A DNA stretch of 64,000 bases from a virus (Duplodnaviria; Caudoviricetes). Shown piece after piece: positions 45,623 through 56,406 of this stretch. The first letter of the stretch is position 1; each line of letters begins with the position of its first letter. Location of the stretch: IMG/VR virus record IMGVR_UViG_3300020388_000010, one strand, 5' to 3'. Position numbers and translations under genes: made by a program. The notes under the pieces were generated by a model that saw only the letters and a list, made by a program, of their open reading frames with translations, was not told where the DNA came from and made no database searches.

Positions 45623-46633
45623 ATGCCAATAAGTAAAATACCCGTAGGTGCAATACAATCTGGAACGATTGGAACTTCTCAAATTGCTGATGATGCTGTC
45701 ACTACTGCAAAGATTTTAAACGATAATGTTACTTCTGCAAAAATTCCAAATGATGCAGTCGGTTCAACAGAAATTTCTTCTAATGCAGTCACTCGTGATG
45801 AGTTACAATCAGCTGCAGTAAATAATATTTCATCAGATTCTATTATTTTAAATTCTACTAATGGTACTGCTGATGCTGGTGATTTTTTAGTTTTAGATGG
45901 AACAGATAATTCTAGTACAAATGCAAATCACAGAATATTATATGATGAAACATTTAACCCATCAACATTTAATGTTAGTGGTACTGCAACAGCAGGAAAT
46001 GCTATTAAAGTGAAGTCAGGCGGTGGGTTTGAATTTGGTGCAGCTGGTGGACTGGTTTTATTAGAAACAAAAACTGTTGCTTCTGGTTCTGCAGCTAATC
46101 AACCCTTTCATTTTCAAAACATATTTTCTTCTACATATAGAAACTATAAAGTAATATACAATGTAAAAGAAACAGAAAGTTCTGCAAATGCTGGTAGTGC
46201 TGGATTGATTGTAAGATTAGGTAATGCTGGTACATTATCAACTGGTACATCATCAACTTGCAAACATTCATTAATGTATTGTCAAGGTGATGCTACTGCT
46301 GATTCTATTGTTTATGGTGATTCTGATGATATATTTGTTTTATGTCAGAACTTTAGTAGTAATGAAGATATGACTACATCTGGAGAGTGTACTTTTATGA
46401 ATATGTTAGATACTGATTTTCAAGGAAGTTGTATATCTAGTACAATGATGCACGGCGAGACAAATTCATATTATTATGAACACGGACTAAATATGATTAT
46501 AAATAAGGCAACAACTTTTACTGATATATCATTTGAAATCAAAGTTACTGGTGGAGGTGGTGGTGGCAATATGGATTCTTCCACAGCTGGATATCCAGTA
46601 TTTGGTGAAGTAAAAGTATATGGAATCATTTAG
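45623..46633 (+). CDS. Putative fibre/receptor-binding subunit
   Basis: AVTTAKI repeats, LDGTD module, C-terminal domain ending VKVYGI. Confidence 0.7.
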   Translation: MPISKIPVGAIQSGTIGTSQIADDAVTTAKILNDNVTSAKIPNDAVGSTEISSNAVTRDELQSAAVNNISSDSIILNSTNGTADAGDFLVLDGTDNSSTNANHRILYDETFNPSTFNVSGTATAGNAIKVKSGGGFEFGAAGGLVLLETKTVASGSAANQPFHFQNIFSSTYRNYKVIYNVKETESSANAGSAGLIVRLGNAGTLSTGTSSTCKHSLMYCQGDATADSIVYGDSDDIFVLCQNFSSNEDMTTSGECTFMNMLDTDFQGSCISSTMMHGETNSYYYEHGLNMIINKATTFTDISFEIKVTGGGGGGNMDSSTAGYPVFGEVKVYGII

Positions 46634-46642
46634 GAGATAAAA

Positions 46643-46936
46643 ATGGCATACACACATAAAATGGTTAATGGTGAAAAAGTACCTTTGACCGATTCAGAAA
46701 TAGAAGAACTTGAAGCAAGAGATGTAGAATGGGCAAAAGGTGCTTACGATAGAGCGATTGCTGGTTTAAGAATGGAAAGAGATAATAAACTTGCACAGTC
46801 AGATTGGATGGCTAACTCTGATGTGACAATGAGTTCTGATTGGAAAACTTATAGACAAGAGTTAAGAGACTTGACTAAAGGTTTAGATACTGAGGACAAA
46901 GTAAATAAAGTTACTTGGCCAAAAGAACCATCATAA
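46643..46936 (+). CDS. Tail fibre assembly chaperone
   Basis: RDNKLAQSDW, W.TYRQELRDL, TWPKEP. Confidence 0.85.
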   Translation: MAYTHKMVNGEKVPLTDSEIEELEARDVEWAKGAYDRAIAGLRMERDNKLAQSDWMANSDVTMSSDWKTYRQELRDLTKGLDTEDKVNKVTWPKEPS

Positions 46937-46964
46937 GATGGACTAAATAGTAGAAGGAAATACA

Positions 46965-48482
46965 ATGGCTGCAATTATTACAGAAAAATTTAGACAAACA
47001 AACGCTGCTCAGTTTGAGGAATCATTTTCTGAAACAAACGAAAACTATTATATGTTTGTAGGAAAATCAACTCCTTTTACTAGTGGAACTTCTGGTGGAA
47101 GTGATACTTCTCCACCAAGTCCAGTAGACGATATTACATCAGAGAATTATAGATGGGACTCAATGTTAGGTGCAAATGCGATTGCATCTTCTGATGTATC
47201 AAGAGGTGTTCCTAGAAGAACATATACATCTGGTACTACTTACGATATGTACGAACATAACATTAGTGCAGCTAATCCTTCAAATCAAACTGGTGCAAGT
47301 AATCTTGTTGATTCTACATATTTTTTCATAACTTCAGATTACAGAGTTTACAAAGTTTTATATAACTTAAATTCTTCTGGAGTAAAAATCGCACTTTCAA
47401 CAGAACCTACTTTTACTTCCCCAGTAAAACAATTTGTTGGTGGTTATTATTTACAATATATGTACACATTGACAACCACTCAAGTAGACAAATTTTTAAC
47501 AACTGACTTTATGGCAGTCGCAACAGACTCAACTGTATCATCTGGTGCAGTAACAACAAGTACAGACTCTGCACCTTTTAATGGTGCTCCTATTGATACT
47601 TTCTTGGTAACAAGTCAAGGTAGTGGATATCCAGACGGAACTTATTATGTTAAAGTTGCTGGAGACGGAACTGGTGGAATCTTAAAGGTTGTTGTGAGTT
47701 CAAATGTAATAACAAGATTTGGTGAAACTGGTGTATCATCAGTACAAGCTGGTGGTGCAAATTATACTTTTGCAACAGTAGATTTGGCAGGAACTAATGT
47801 TTATACAAATGCTGGTGCAACATCTTTAATAAGTGGAGGTACTTTATCAACTTGGAATTCAGCTAGTGCTGGAACTATAACTCCAATTATATCACCTCAA
47901 GTTGGTCACGGACACGATGCAGTTGAAGAATTAGGTGGACACTATGTAATTTTAAATACAAAGTTTGAACAAGAAGAAGGTAATGATATTACTGTTGCAA
48001 ACGACTTTAGACAAGTAGGTATTATGAAAAATCCTACTCAATTTAACAGTTCGTCATTATTTACAGCATCTACTGCCAGACAAACATATGCAATTTATAT
48101 TCCTTCACCAAGTGGAGATTTTGATGCAGATGAAAAAATAACTCAAGCAACTACTGGTGCAATCGGTAGAGTCGTTGAATGGGATGCAACAAATAAGATT
48201 TTATATTATCAACAAGAAAGATTTACAAATTATGGTGTTAATACTGCAAGTAACACAGTTTTATTTTCTGGTGCAAATGCAGTATCTGGTGCAGACTCTA
48301 GTGCATCTGGCACTCCATCATCAACTGGTTCTGAAACTGTTGATAGTATCGCATTTTCAAGTGGATATGCAAATCCAGAAATGCACCCAGATAGTGGGGA
48401 CATAATTTATATAGAAAACAGAAGACCTATTTCACGAGCATCTGACCAAACAGAGGATGTTAAAATCATAGTTGAGTTTTAA
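46965..48482 (+). CDS. gp8: gp8 baseplate wedge subunit
   Basis: MAAIITEKFR, YRVYKVL, DFRQVGI, SGDIIYIENRRPISRASDQTEDVKIIVEF. Confidence 0.93.
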   Translation: MAAIITEKFRQTNAAQFEESFSETNENYYMFVGKSTPFTSGTSGGSDTSPPSPVDDITSENYRWDSMLGANAIASSDVSRGVPRRTYTSGTTYDMYEHNISAANPSNQTGASNLVDSTYFFITSDYRVYKVLYNLNSSGVKIALSTEPTFTSPVKQFVGGYYLQYMYTLTTTQVDKFLTTDFMAVATDSTVSSGAVTTSTDSAPFNGAPIDTFLVTSQGSGYPDGTYYVKVAGDGTGGILKVVVSSNVITRFGETGVSSVQAGGANYTFATVDLAGTNVYTNAGATSLISGGTLSTWNSASAGTITPIISPQVGHGHDAVEELGGHYVILNTKFEQEEGNDITVANDFRQVGIMKNPTQFNSSSLFTASTARQTYAIYIPSPSGDFDADEKITQATTGAIGRVVEWDATNKILYYQQERFTNYGVNTASNTVLFSGANAVSGADSSASGTPSSTGSETVDSIAFSSGYANPEMHPDSGDIIYIENRRPISRASDQTEDVKIIVEF

Positions 48483-48484
48483 GA

Positions 48485-51400
48485 ATGGCACAAAAAACAA
48501 ATCTAAATGTATCACCATATTATGATGATTTTGATACAAGTAAAAATTTTCATAAAGTATTATATAGACCTGGCTTTGCAGTACAGGCTAGAGAACTAAC
48601 CACACAACAATCTATACTTCAAAATCAAGTTGAAGAAATGGGTAGAAACATCTTTAAAGAAGGTGCAATTATATCTGGTGGTGAAGTTGGAATGGACAAA
48701 CAGTATTATGCTGTTAAAGTTCAAGGAACATTTAATACCACAGACATTACATCTAATATTTCATCTTATGTAGATAAAGTTATTACTGGTGCAACATCTG
48801 GAGTATCTGCAAAAGTTGTAGGAACTGCAGCTGCAAGTGGTGATGACCCAATCACTTTATTTGTAAAATATTTAAATCCAGATTTAACTGGTGAAACTTT
48901 TGTATTTTCTAATGGTGAAAACTTAACAGCTAACGGTGCAGTCGGTTCATTTATTGCTGGACAAGAATCATTAACTTGTCAATCAACAGATGCAACTGCA
49001 ATAGGTTCAGCAGTAACAGTTGCGGCTGGAACATATTTTGTTAGAGGTATTTTTGTAAATGTTACAGAACAAACATTAGTTTTAGATAAGTATGGAAACA
49101 CACCATCATATAGAATAGGTTTTACAGTTACAGAAGATTTAGTAACTCCAGAAGAAGATAGTACATTATATGATAATGCAACTGGTACATCAAACGAAAA
49201 CGCAGCTGGTGCTCATAGATTAAAAATTTCATTAACACTTTCTAAATTATCTTTAACAGATACTAATGATACAAATTTTGTAGAAATAATGAGAGTAAAT
49301 CTTGGTAATGTTTTATCTGCATCAAGAAATACTGAATATGCAGTATTAGGTGAAACACTTGCAAGAAGAACTTATGACGAATCTGGACACTATATTGTTA
49401 GAGATTTTAAACCAGATGCAAGAGAAACTTTAGCTGATGGTATTAATAATGGAATATTTGAATCTGGTGCTACTACTGATAGTGGAAATACAGCATCTGA
49501 AGATTTACTTACTTTACATCTAACGCCGGGTAAGGCATATGTTGCTGGTTATGAAATAGAAAAAAGTCACCCAACATTTATAGATATTAGAAAACCAAGA
49601 ACAACTGATAATGTTGATAACGCAATCACACCAGTTGAAGTTGGTAATACAATCGTAGTAGAAAATGCATTTGGTTCTCCAGACATATCTCCAGAAACGC
49701 CTGGTTCTATTGATGAACCATTTATGGAAGTTTCACTTCACGATAATTTTACAGCATCTAAAGTAACTGGAACAACTGGTGGGCCAGGAAGAGGAATAGA
49801 AACAGATAGTATTTTAACAGAAGACGGTGGAAAAATTGGTGTTGCAAGAGTAAGAAGTTTTGACTCATCTGCAAACAATTCCACAGTAACTGACTTTTTA
49901 TCAAATAGTGCAGATAATGATTCAACATTTAATCTTGGATTATTTGATATTAAAATGTTTACAGAGATTGATTTTAGTGGAGTAGTAACTTCATCTGAAT
50001 TTGCTGCTGGGGCAAAAATAACTGGTGCAAATTCTGGTGCAACTGGATTTGTTCACTCTGTCAGTTCAGATGCAGTTTATCTTACAAATGTAAATGGTAT
50101 ATTCTCAAGTGGTGAAAAAACAAAATCAAGTGCATCAACTCAATCAGATGAATTCGTACACCAAAATGGTACAACAACAGATTTAACAATTAGTGCAATA
50201 GAGTCATTTGACATTAGTCAAGTCAGACAAGTCTTTATGAATGATGATGATTCTAATCAAGCAAACTTTAGTGCTGATTGTACTATGCAAAATAGATTCA
50301 CTCTTACTGGTACAGTATCTCTTACAAGAAACACAAATACTTTAGTTGGACAAAATACTTTATTTAATACCGAATTAAAAGCTGGTGATGTTTTAGAAGT
50401 TCCAACTGGTGCTGCTAGTGCAACAGAAAAAATTGTTATTGAAAGTGTAACAAATAATACTTCTGCAACTTATTTCTGTATTCAAGGTGGTGCAGTTGTA
50501 AACACATCTAATACTACTCGTTCTAGTGGTACTGCAACATTTACTGCAACTGGAGCGTTCACTGCAACTACTGGTTCAGTATTAAGTGGTTCTGGAAGTA
50601 GAACTGTTGTATTTAAAGACCACGCAGTTAATGGATATAATGGTAAAGCTACTATTACATTTGCATCAAATAATACAGCTACATTTCCAGTAAACTCTGG
50701 TATTACAACTCCAGATACTGCTGGTACTGGTAATTCAGATATAGTTTTAATTTCTACTGATGTAACAAGTGTTGGTGCAATTAGAACAAGAACAAAAATT
50801 AATGATGTAAACAAAAATATTCTTTTAAGAAAAACAGTTAAGAAATATGCAAAAACAATGTTGACTACGGACAACAATGGTGTATCACAAACTTCTTATA
50901 CATTTAAGAAACAATTTATTGTTACATCAAATGCATCTGGACAGATAGTAATAACTGCTGGAACTAACGAAACATTTAATGCACTATCTAATACAAATTA
51001 TGCAATTACTATTTTAGATGATGGTTCTGGTGGGTGTAATGATGGAGATATTATTGATATTGATGATATGACTTCTGCTGTATTGGCTGGTGATTCTAAA
51101 ACTGCAACAATTACTGATACAACTGTTTTCGGAACATCTTCAGATTGTGTAGTTAAAGTGACTGCAACAATTTCAAAAACTACTGCACAACAAAAAAACA
51201 AAACAAACAATCCTGCTCATTTAGTTATTGTAGATAACAATGGTGTAGGTGGTGGTGTACAATATGGTACATCTGCACATCACAAAGAGATTTCTTTAGG
51301 TAGAACTGATGTATATAAAATAAGAGCAATATACGAATCTGCAAACGCATCTACCGACCCATTAGTTCCACAATTTACTGGAACAGTTTCAAGTGGAACA

Positions 51401-54400
51401 TTTACTAAAGGTGAAAGAATAAAAGGTACAACTAGTGGTGCAATAGGTTCTCTTATTAACACAGGCCCAACTACTTTCTTTTATGTTTTATTATCTAATA
51501 AAAACTTTTCAGACGGCGAAACATTTACTGGTTTAACAAGTGGTGCAACTGGTACAACTACTGTTGTTACTGCTAGTGATACAGTAGTAACTAGTAATTA
51601 TGTATTAGATGATGGTATGAGAGATTCATATTATGATATTTCTAGAATAATCAGAAAAACAAATGTTGATGTTCCTATTGGTAAATTATTAATTGTATGC
51701 GACCACTTTACTCACGGTACTGGTGATTTCTTCAATGTAGATTCATATTCAAACATAGATTATAAAGAAATTCCTACATACCTTGCAACAAGAGTAGACA
51801 CAGAACAAAGACAACCTAGAGGTAGATTCCTATTACACGACTCAATAGATTTTAGACCTACTGTTGCAAATGATGATACAATATCTACTGTAACAACATC
51901 ATCACAAAGTTTATCTACTGAAAGAGTAAATGATTATACATTTAACTTTGCACAAAGAAACTTCTCTGCAGCTGGTTCAATAGTTTCAAATATACCACAA
52001 GATAATTCTAACTTCCAATATGATTTAGATTTTTATGTAGGTAGAACAGATAGTGTTTTCTTAACTAAAGATAAACAGTTTGTTGTTAAAGAAGGTTTAG
52101 ATGTTGAAACAGAAATAACAGAACCACCTAAACCATTATCTGAAAATGAAGCTATGAAAATAGTTGATGTATTAATGCAACCTTATGTCAAAGAACCAGA
52201 ACAAGATATATTTTTAAGAATACAAAAAAATAACAGATTTACAATGAGAGATATTGGTCGTTTAGAAAATAGAATAGAACGACTAGAAGATTATACAACT
52301 CTTAACTTATTAGAAGCAGAAACAGAAAACTTCCAAGTATTAGATGCAAACGGATTTGATAGATTTAAATCTGGTTTTGTTGTTGATAATTTTACTGGAC
52401 ATAAAACTGGTGATGTATCTCACCAAGATTATAGTTGTGCAATAGATTATGAAAACAGAACACTAAGACCAAAATACTCTATGAAGAATGTTGCACTTAT
52501 AGAACAAAACGAAGATTCTACTGCAAGAGCAAATGATGGTTATTCTAAAATTGGTGACCAATGTATGCTACCATTTACTTCTGTTGAAACTGTTGGAAAC
52601 AAGTTTGCAACTAGAGTAGAAAGTGCTCAAGCTGCATACTTCTTTGCTTGGGTTGGTGTATTAGAATTAGACCCATCTGGTGATGAATGGTTTGAAGTAA
52701 ATAAACTTCCACAAATTGTAATTAACTTAGAGGGTAACTTTGACCAGATATTACAAGCCGCTGGTGGTGAAGATGCATTAGGTACTATATGGAATGCTTG
52801 GGAAACTATTTCATCTGGTGTTATCGGACAAACTAGTAATGGTTGGGGACGAGGTGGTCTTTGGGAATTAGTTTTAACAGACCAAGTTAGAAATGGTACA
52901 AGAACTTTTGTAACTGAAGTTAATGACCATAAACCTATCGGTAATGAATTAATTAGACAAGATGTAGTTCCATTTATTCGTTCTAGAAATGTTACATTTA
53001 GAGCATCTAAAATGAAACCTAAAACAAGAGTTTATCCTTTCTTTGATAGACAATATATTGGTGATTTTTGTGTTCCAGACGGTGGTAAGCCTGGTGGAAC
53101 ATTAACAACAATCACTTTACCAGAAACTCCAAACTGGACTGCCATAGGTAAAATTAGATTTGGTTACGATAATAACGATACTGCACACGATTATGTTGCA
53201 AAAATTATGAGTTCTGATTCTGAATATGGATTTAATACAGTAGGACAGTTCTCATTACATACAACAATAAACATCTCAAGAAATAGTAATGCATTTTATA
53301 CTTATGACTTTACAACTGCAGCTGAGGGTGTAGTTGGCCCTAACATTCAAGGTGAAAAGTTTTGGAGAATTCAGATTGAAAGAGCAGAAGACCCTATTCA
53401 TACTTGTGCTGGACATAGATTATATGGTGTAGAATTTTTCAATGCAGATGCAACAACTAATATTGATTTAACACAATTCTGTTCTGTTGTACAATTCCAG
53501 AATTTAACAAATCCAAGTGCAACTATTGACGGAATAGTACCACCAGTTGGTGCAGAAACTCCAGGCACTCCTAGAGATTCTGTTCTTCAGATTACATATA
53601 ATTTATTTACTGGAACAAGAACACAGACTCCAGAAAGTGGAACTGTACAAAAACTATTACCGCCAGGTGAAGATGGTAATAATTTCATAACAGGCCCTAC
53701 TGGTTCAATAAGTGGTGTCTTTAGTATTCCAGACCCTAACGCTCCAGGCAACCCAGCATTTAAAACTGGCGAAAGACAATTCAGATTAACATCTTCTAGA
53801 ATTAATGAAGCAGATGATGTCAATTTAGAAGGTGTAGAAACATATGCAGAGGGTATCTATACTGCAAGAGGTTTCTTAAACACTATTGAAGAAACTGTTA
53901 CAAGAACAAGAAACGGACAATTATTCCAAGAGGAAGTTTTTGAATCAAGAAGTTTCCAACATAGAGGTAGAACTTTAATACAGCCATGGGATCCGCTTGC
54001 ACAATCATTTATTGTTGATAGTGTTGGTGGTGAGTTTATTACAAAAGTAGATTTATATTTTCAAGAAAAAGATGAAAGAGTTCCAGTAACTGTTCAAATC
54101 AGAGAGATGAGAGATGGTTATCCAACTGAAAAATTATTACCACTTGCATCTAAAACACTAGAGTCTTCTGAAATATTATTATCAGATAACGCAACTACTG
54201 CTACAACATTTGAATTTGAATCACCAATTTATGTTGCAGACCATAGTGAATATGCATTAGTTATCAAAACAGACTCAAGAGATTATAAACTTTGGATTTC
54301 TAAATTAGGTGATGCAGATATTGATACTGGAACGATTGTTAATGACCAACCATATCTTGGTGTGTTATTTAAATCTCAAAACAATAGAACTTGGAACGCA

Positions 54401-55810
54401 TATCAAGATGAAGATATTAAGTTCTCACTTTATCGTGCAAAATTTGATACAAGTAAAACATCAAATCTAGTATTAACAAATGATTCAGTAGAAACTAGAA
54501 CATTAAAACAAAATTCATTAGAATCACTTGCAAGTTCTGGTGTAGTAAAAGTTACACATAGAAACCACCATATGTATGCAACAACAAATAATGTTGCAAT
54601 TAGTGGTGTATCGTCTGGAGTTTCAACTACTCTTAACGGTGCTTTTGGTGCCTCTGATACTTCACTAACATTAACTAGTAATACTGGTTTCCCAGGCAGT
54701 GGTTCAGTAAGATTAAAAATTACAGTTCCAAGAGATTCAACTACTGGTGATATTAGAGAAGATGAAATCTTTAGTGGTACTATTTCTGGTTCTTCTGTAA
54801 CCAGTATAACAAGACCTACTGGTGCGATTGCACATAGTTCTGGTGCTGGTATAGAATTATATGAAGTAGATGGAATACCATTAGACCAAATTAATAGAAC
54901 TCATACATCAGTCGGAAATGTAGGAATTGATTCGTATACAATTACAACTGCAAATACACTTGCAACCCAGACTGCAACTGCAACAACAGCTTCAAATGCA
55001 ACCTCTGGTATTAAATTTGGTGATTCAACAACTGTTGTAACTGAAAATGCAATGATGGATGTTATGAAACCACTTGTAAGTAATGTTGAATATCCAAATA
55101 CAAAAATTACTGCAAACATTAGAACAACAACTGCAACATCTGTTGACGGTACACAAACATCATTTAATTTACAATCTACTAGTGCATCTAGACCAATAGT
55201 ATTAGGTAGAAACTATTATTTTGATGTACCAAGAATGATTACATCAACAATTAATGAAACAAACGAATTGAATTCATCTAAATCATTCTTCTTAACTTTG
55301 ACTATGTCTTCAGAGTTTGATAACTTAACACCAGTTATTGATTTAGATAGAGCATCAATCGCAGCTATAACTCATAGACTAAACAATGTTCAAAGTTCAT
55401 CTGATGTATATCCGACTGCATTGTTTGTTCCAGCAACTGAACCAGAAGGTGATAGTTTAGAAGCAATTTATCTGACACGACAAGTTCAAATGAAGAGTGC
55501 AGCCAATCAGATTAATGTAAAATTTGATGCAGTCAGACCAGCAACATCAACTATTGATGTAATGTTTAAAACATTAAGAACTGATGATTCATCAGACTTT
55601 AATGATGTTGGTTATACTTTCTTTAATACAAATGGACAACCAGATATTACTACTAACTCATCTACTACAAGAGATGACTTTATAGAACACGAATATTCTG
55701 CGAAAGACCTTGCAGACTTTAATGCGTTCCAAATCAAAATAAGAATGAGAGGAACAGATTCAACTAACCCACCAATTATAAAAAGATTAAGGGTTGTTGC
55801 AACTGGATAG
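48485..55810 (+). CDS. Large virion structural protein (VrlC/DUF4815-like)
   Basis: TNLNVSPYYDDF, VQARELT, LARRTYDESG, RFTMRDIG.LE.RI, DPLAQSF. Confidence 0.9.
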   Translation: MAQKTNLNVSPYYDDFDTSKNFHKVLYRPGFAVQARELTTQQSILQNQVEEMGRNIFKEGAIISGGEVGMDKQYYAVKVQGTFNTTDITSNISSYVDKVITGATSGVSAKVVGTAAASGDDPITLFVKYLNPDLTGETFVFSNGENLTANGAVGSFIAGQESLTCQSTDATAIGSAVTVAAGTYFVRGIFVNVTEQTLVLDKYGNTPSYRIGFTVTEDLVTPEEDSTLYDNATGTSNENAAGAHRLKISLTLSKLSLTDTNDTNFVEIMRVNLGNVLSASRNTEYAVLGETLARRTYDESGHYIVRDFKPDARETLADGINNGIFESGATTDSGNTASEDLLTLHLTPGKAYVAGYEIEKSHPTFIDIRKPRTTDNVDNAITPVEVGNTIVVENAFGSPDISPETPGSIDEPFMEVSLHDNFTASKVTGTTGGPGRGIETDSILTEDGGKIGVARVRSFDSSANNSTVTDFLSNSADNDSTFNLGLFDIKMFTEIDFSGVVTSSEFAAGAKITGANSGATGFVHSVSSDAVYLTNVNGIFSSGEKTKSSASTQSDEFVHQNGTTTDLTISAIESFDISQVRQVFMNDDDSNQANFSADCTMQNRFTLTGTVSLTRNTNTLVGQNTLFNTELKAGDVLEVPTGAASATEKIVIESVTNNTSATYFCIQGGAVVNTSNTTRSSGTATFTATGAFTATTGSVLSGSGSRTVVFKDHAVNGYNGKATITFASNNTATFPVNSGITTPDTAGTGNSDIVLISTDVTSVGAIRTRTKINDVNKNILLRKTVKKYAKTMLTTDNNGVSQTSYTFKKQFIVTSNASGQIVITAGTNETFNALSNTNYAITILDDGSGGCNDGDIIDIDDMTSAVLAGDSKTATITDTTVFGTSSDCVVKVTATISKTTAQQKNKTNNPAHLVIVDNNGVGGGVQYGTSAHHKEISLGRTDVYKIRAIYESANASTDPLVPQFTGTVSSGTFTKGERIKGTTSGAIGSLINTGPTTFFYVLLSNKNFSDGETFTGLTSGATGTTTVVTASDTVVTSNYVLDDGMRDSYYDISRIIRKTNVDVPIGKLLIVCDHFTHGTGDFFNVDSYSNIDYKEIPTYLATRVDTEQRQPRGRFLLHDSIDFRPTVANDDTISTVTTSSQSLSTERVNDYTFNFAQRNFSAAGSIVSNIPQDNSNFQYDLDFYVGRTDSVFLTKDKQFVVKEGLDVETEITEPPKPLSENEAMKIVDVLMQPYVKEPEQDIFLRIQKNNRFTMRDIGRLENRIERLEDYTTLNLLEAETENFQVLDANGFDRFKSGFVVDNFTGHKTGDVSHQDYSCAIDYENRTLRPKYSMKNVALIEQNEDSTARANDGYSKIGDQCMLPFTSVETVGNKFATRVESAQAAYFFAWVGVLELDPSGDEWFEVNKLPQIVINLEGNFDQILQAAGGEDALGTIWNAWETISSGVIGQTSNGWGRGGLWELVLTDQVRNGTRTFVTEVNDHKPIGNELIRQDVVPFIRSRNVTFRASKMKPKTRVYPFFDRQYIGDFCVPDGGKPGGTLTTITLPETPNWTAIGKIRFGYDNNDTAHDYVAKIMSSDSEYGFNTVGQFSLHTTINISRNSNAFYTYDFTTAAEGVVGPNIQGEKFWRIQIERAEDPIHTCAGHRLYGVEFFNADATTNIDLTQFCSVVQFQNLTNPSATIDGIVPPVGAETPGTPRDSVLQITYNLFTGTRTQTPESGTVQKLLPPGEDGNNFITGPTGSISGVFSIPDPNAPGNPAFKTGERQFRLTSSRINEADDVNLEGVETYAEGIYTARGFLNTIEETVTRTRNGQLFQEEVFESRSFQHRGRTLIQPWDPLAQSFIVDSVGGEFITKVDLYFQEKDERVPVTVQIREMRDGYPTEKLLPLASKTLESSEILLSDNATTATTFEFESPIYVADHSEYALVIKTDSRDYKLWISKLGDADIDTGTIVNDQPYLGVLFKSQNNRTWNAYQDEDIKFSLYRAKFDTSKTSNLVLTNDSVETRTLKQNSLESLASSGVVKVTHRNHHMYATTNNVAISGVSSGVSTTLNGAFGASDTSLTLTSNTGFPGSGSVRLKITVPRDSTTGDIREDEIFSGTISGSSVTSITRPTGAIAHSSGAGIELYEVDGIPLDQINRTHTSVGNVGIDSYTITTANTLATQTATATTASNATSGIKFGDSTTVVTENAMMDVMKPLVSNVEYPNTKITANIRTTTATSVDGTQTSFNLQSTSASRPIVLGRNYYFDVPRMITSTINETNELNSSKSFFLTLTMSSEFDNLTPVIDLDRASIAAITHRLNNVQSSSDVYPTALFVPATEPEGDSLEAIYLTRQVQMKSAANQINVKFDAVRPATSTIDVMFKTLRTDDSSDFNDVGYTFFNTNGQPDITTNSSTTRDDFIEHEYSAKDLADFNAFQIKIRMRGTDSTNPPIIKRLRVVATG

Positions 55811-55813
55811 AAT

Positions 55814-56056
55814 ATGTCAGAAATATCAGAATTGAAAGTAAAGGATAAAGACCATTTAGTAAGAGATACTTACTCTGGTGCAATATTAAATACAGATGAA
55901 AGTGCATTTAATAAAATTAGAAAAAGAAGAATGGAAGCACAAAGACAAAGAGATGAATTAAGAAACGCAGTTCGTGAGATAAATACTATTAAGTCAGAAA
56001 TGCACGAAATGAAAAGTATGATGAAACAAATGTTAGAGAAGAGCAATGGCAGATAG
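55814..56056 (+). CDS. Conserved small coiled-coil protein
   Basis: LVRD..SGAILNTD, EINTIKSEMHEMK. Confidence 0.8.
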   Translation: MSEISELKVKDKDHLVRDTYSGAILNTDESAFNKIRKRRMEAQRQRDELRNAVREINTIKSEMHEMKSMMKQMLEKSNGR

Positions 56057-56387
56057 AAGCGTATTAGCATCAAATTCGTTTGAAACTTTTAGAACGACAT
56101 TTAACTCAACTGCGAGTGATGTTGGTGATATCGCAAACTTACTAGCTGCAACTGGTACTATTGCATCTTCAACAGATGTAGTAGAAGCGATAGTAGCACT
56201 AAATGCTGTTGCCTTTGATGCAACTGCAAATATTTCTTTTAGTGGTAATAATACATTTTCTGGTAGTAGCACTTTTGCTGGTGTAACATTAAGTTCTGGT
56301 GCATTAACATTTGCTGATGGAACTTCACAATCAACAGCTGCAACAACACAAGGGTTTGCGATTGCAGTCGCAGTTGCACTTGGATAA
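56046..56387 (+). CDS. Structural protein (fibritin-like N-terminus)
   Basis: SFETFR...N, ends FAIAVAVALG. Confidence 0.7.
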   Translation: MADRSVLASNSFETFRTTFNSTASDVGDIANLLAATGTIASSTDVVEAIVALNAVAFDATANISFSGNNTFSGSSTFAGVTLSSGALTFADGTSQSTAATTQGFAIAVAVALG

Positions 56388-56406
56388 ATAATAGAGAGAA
56401 ATACAT

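Noticed and set aside
41069-46936. Diversity-generating retroelement or invertible shufflon
   Set aside because: No reverse transcriptase, TR/VR pair, recombinase or inverted cassettes seen
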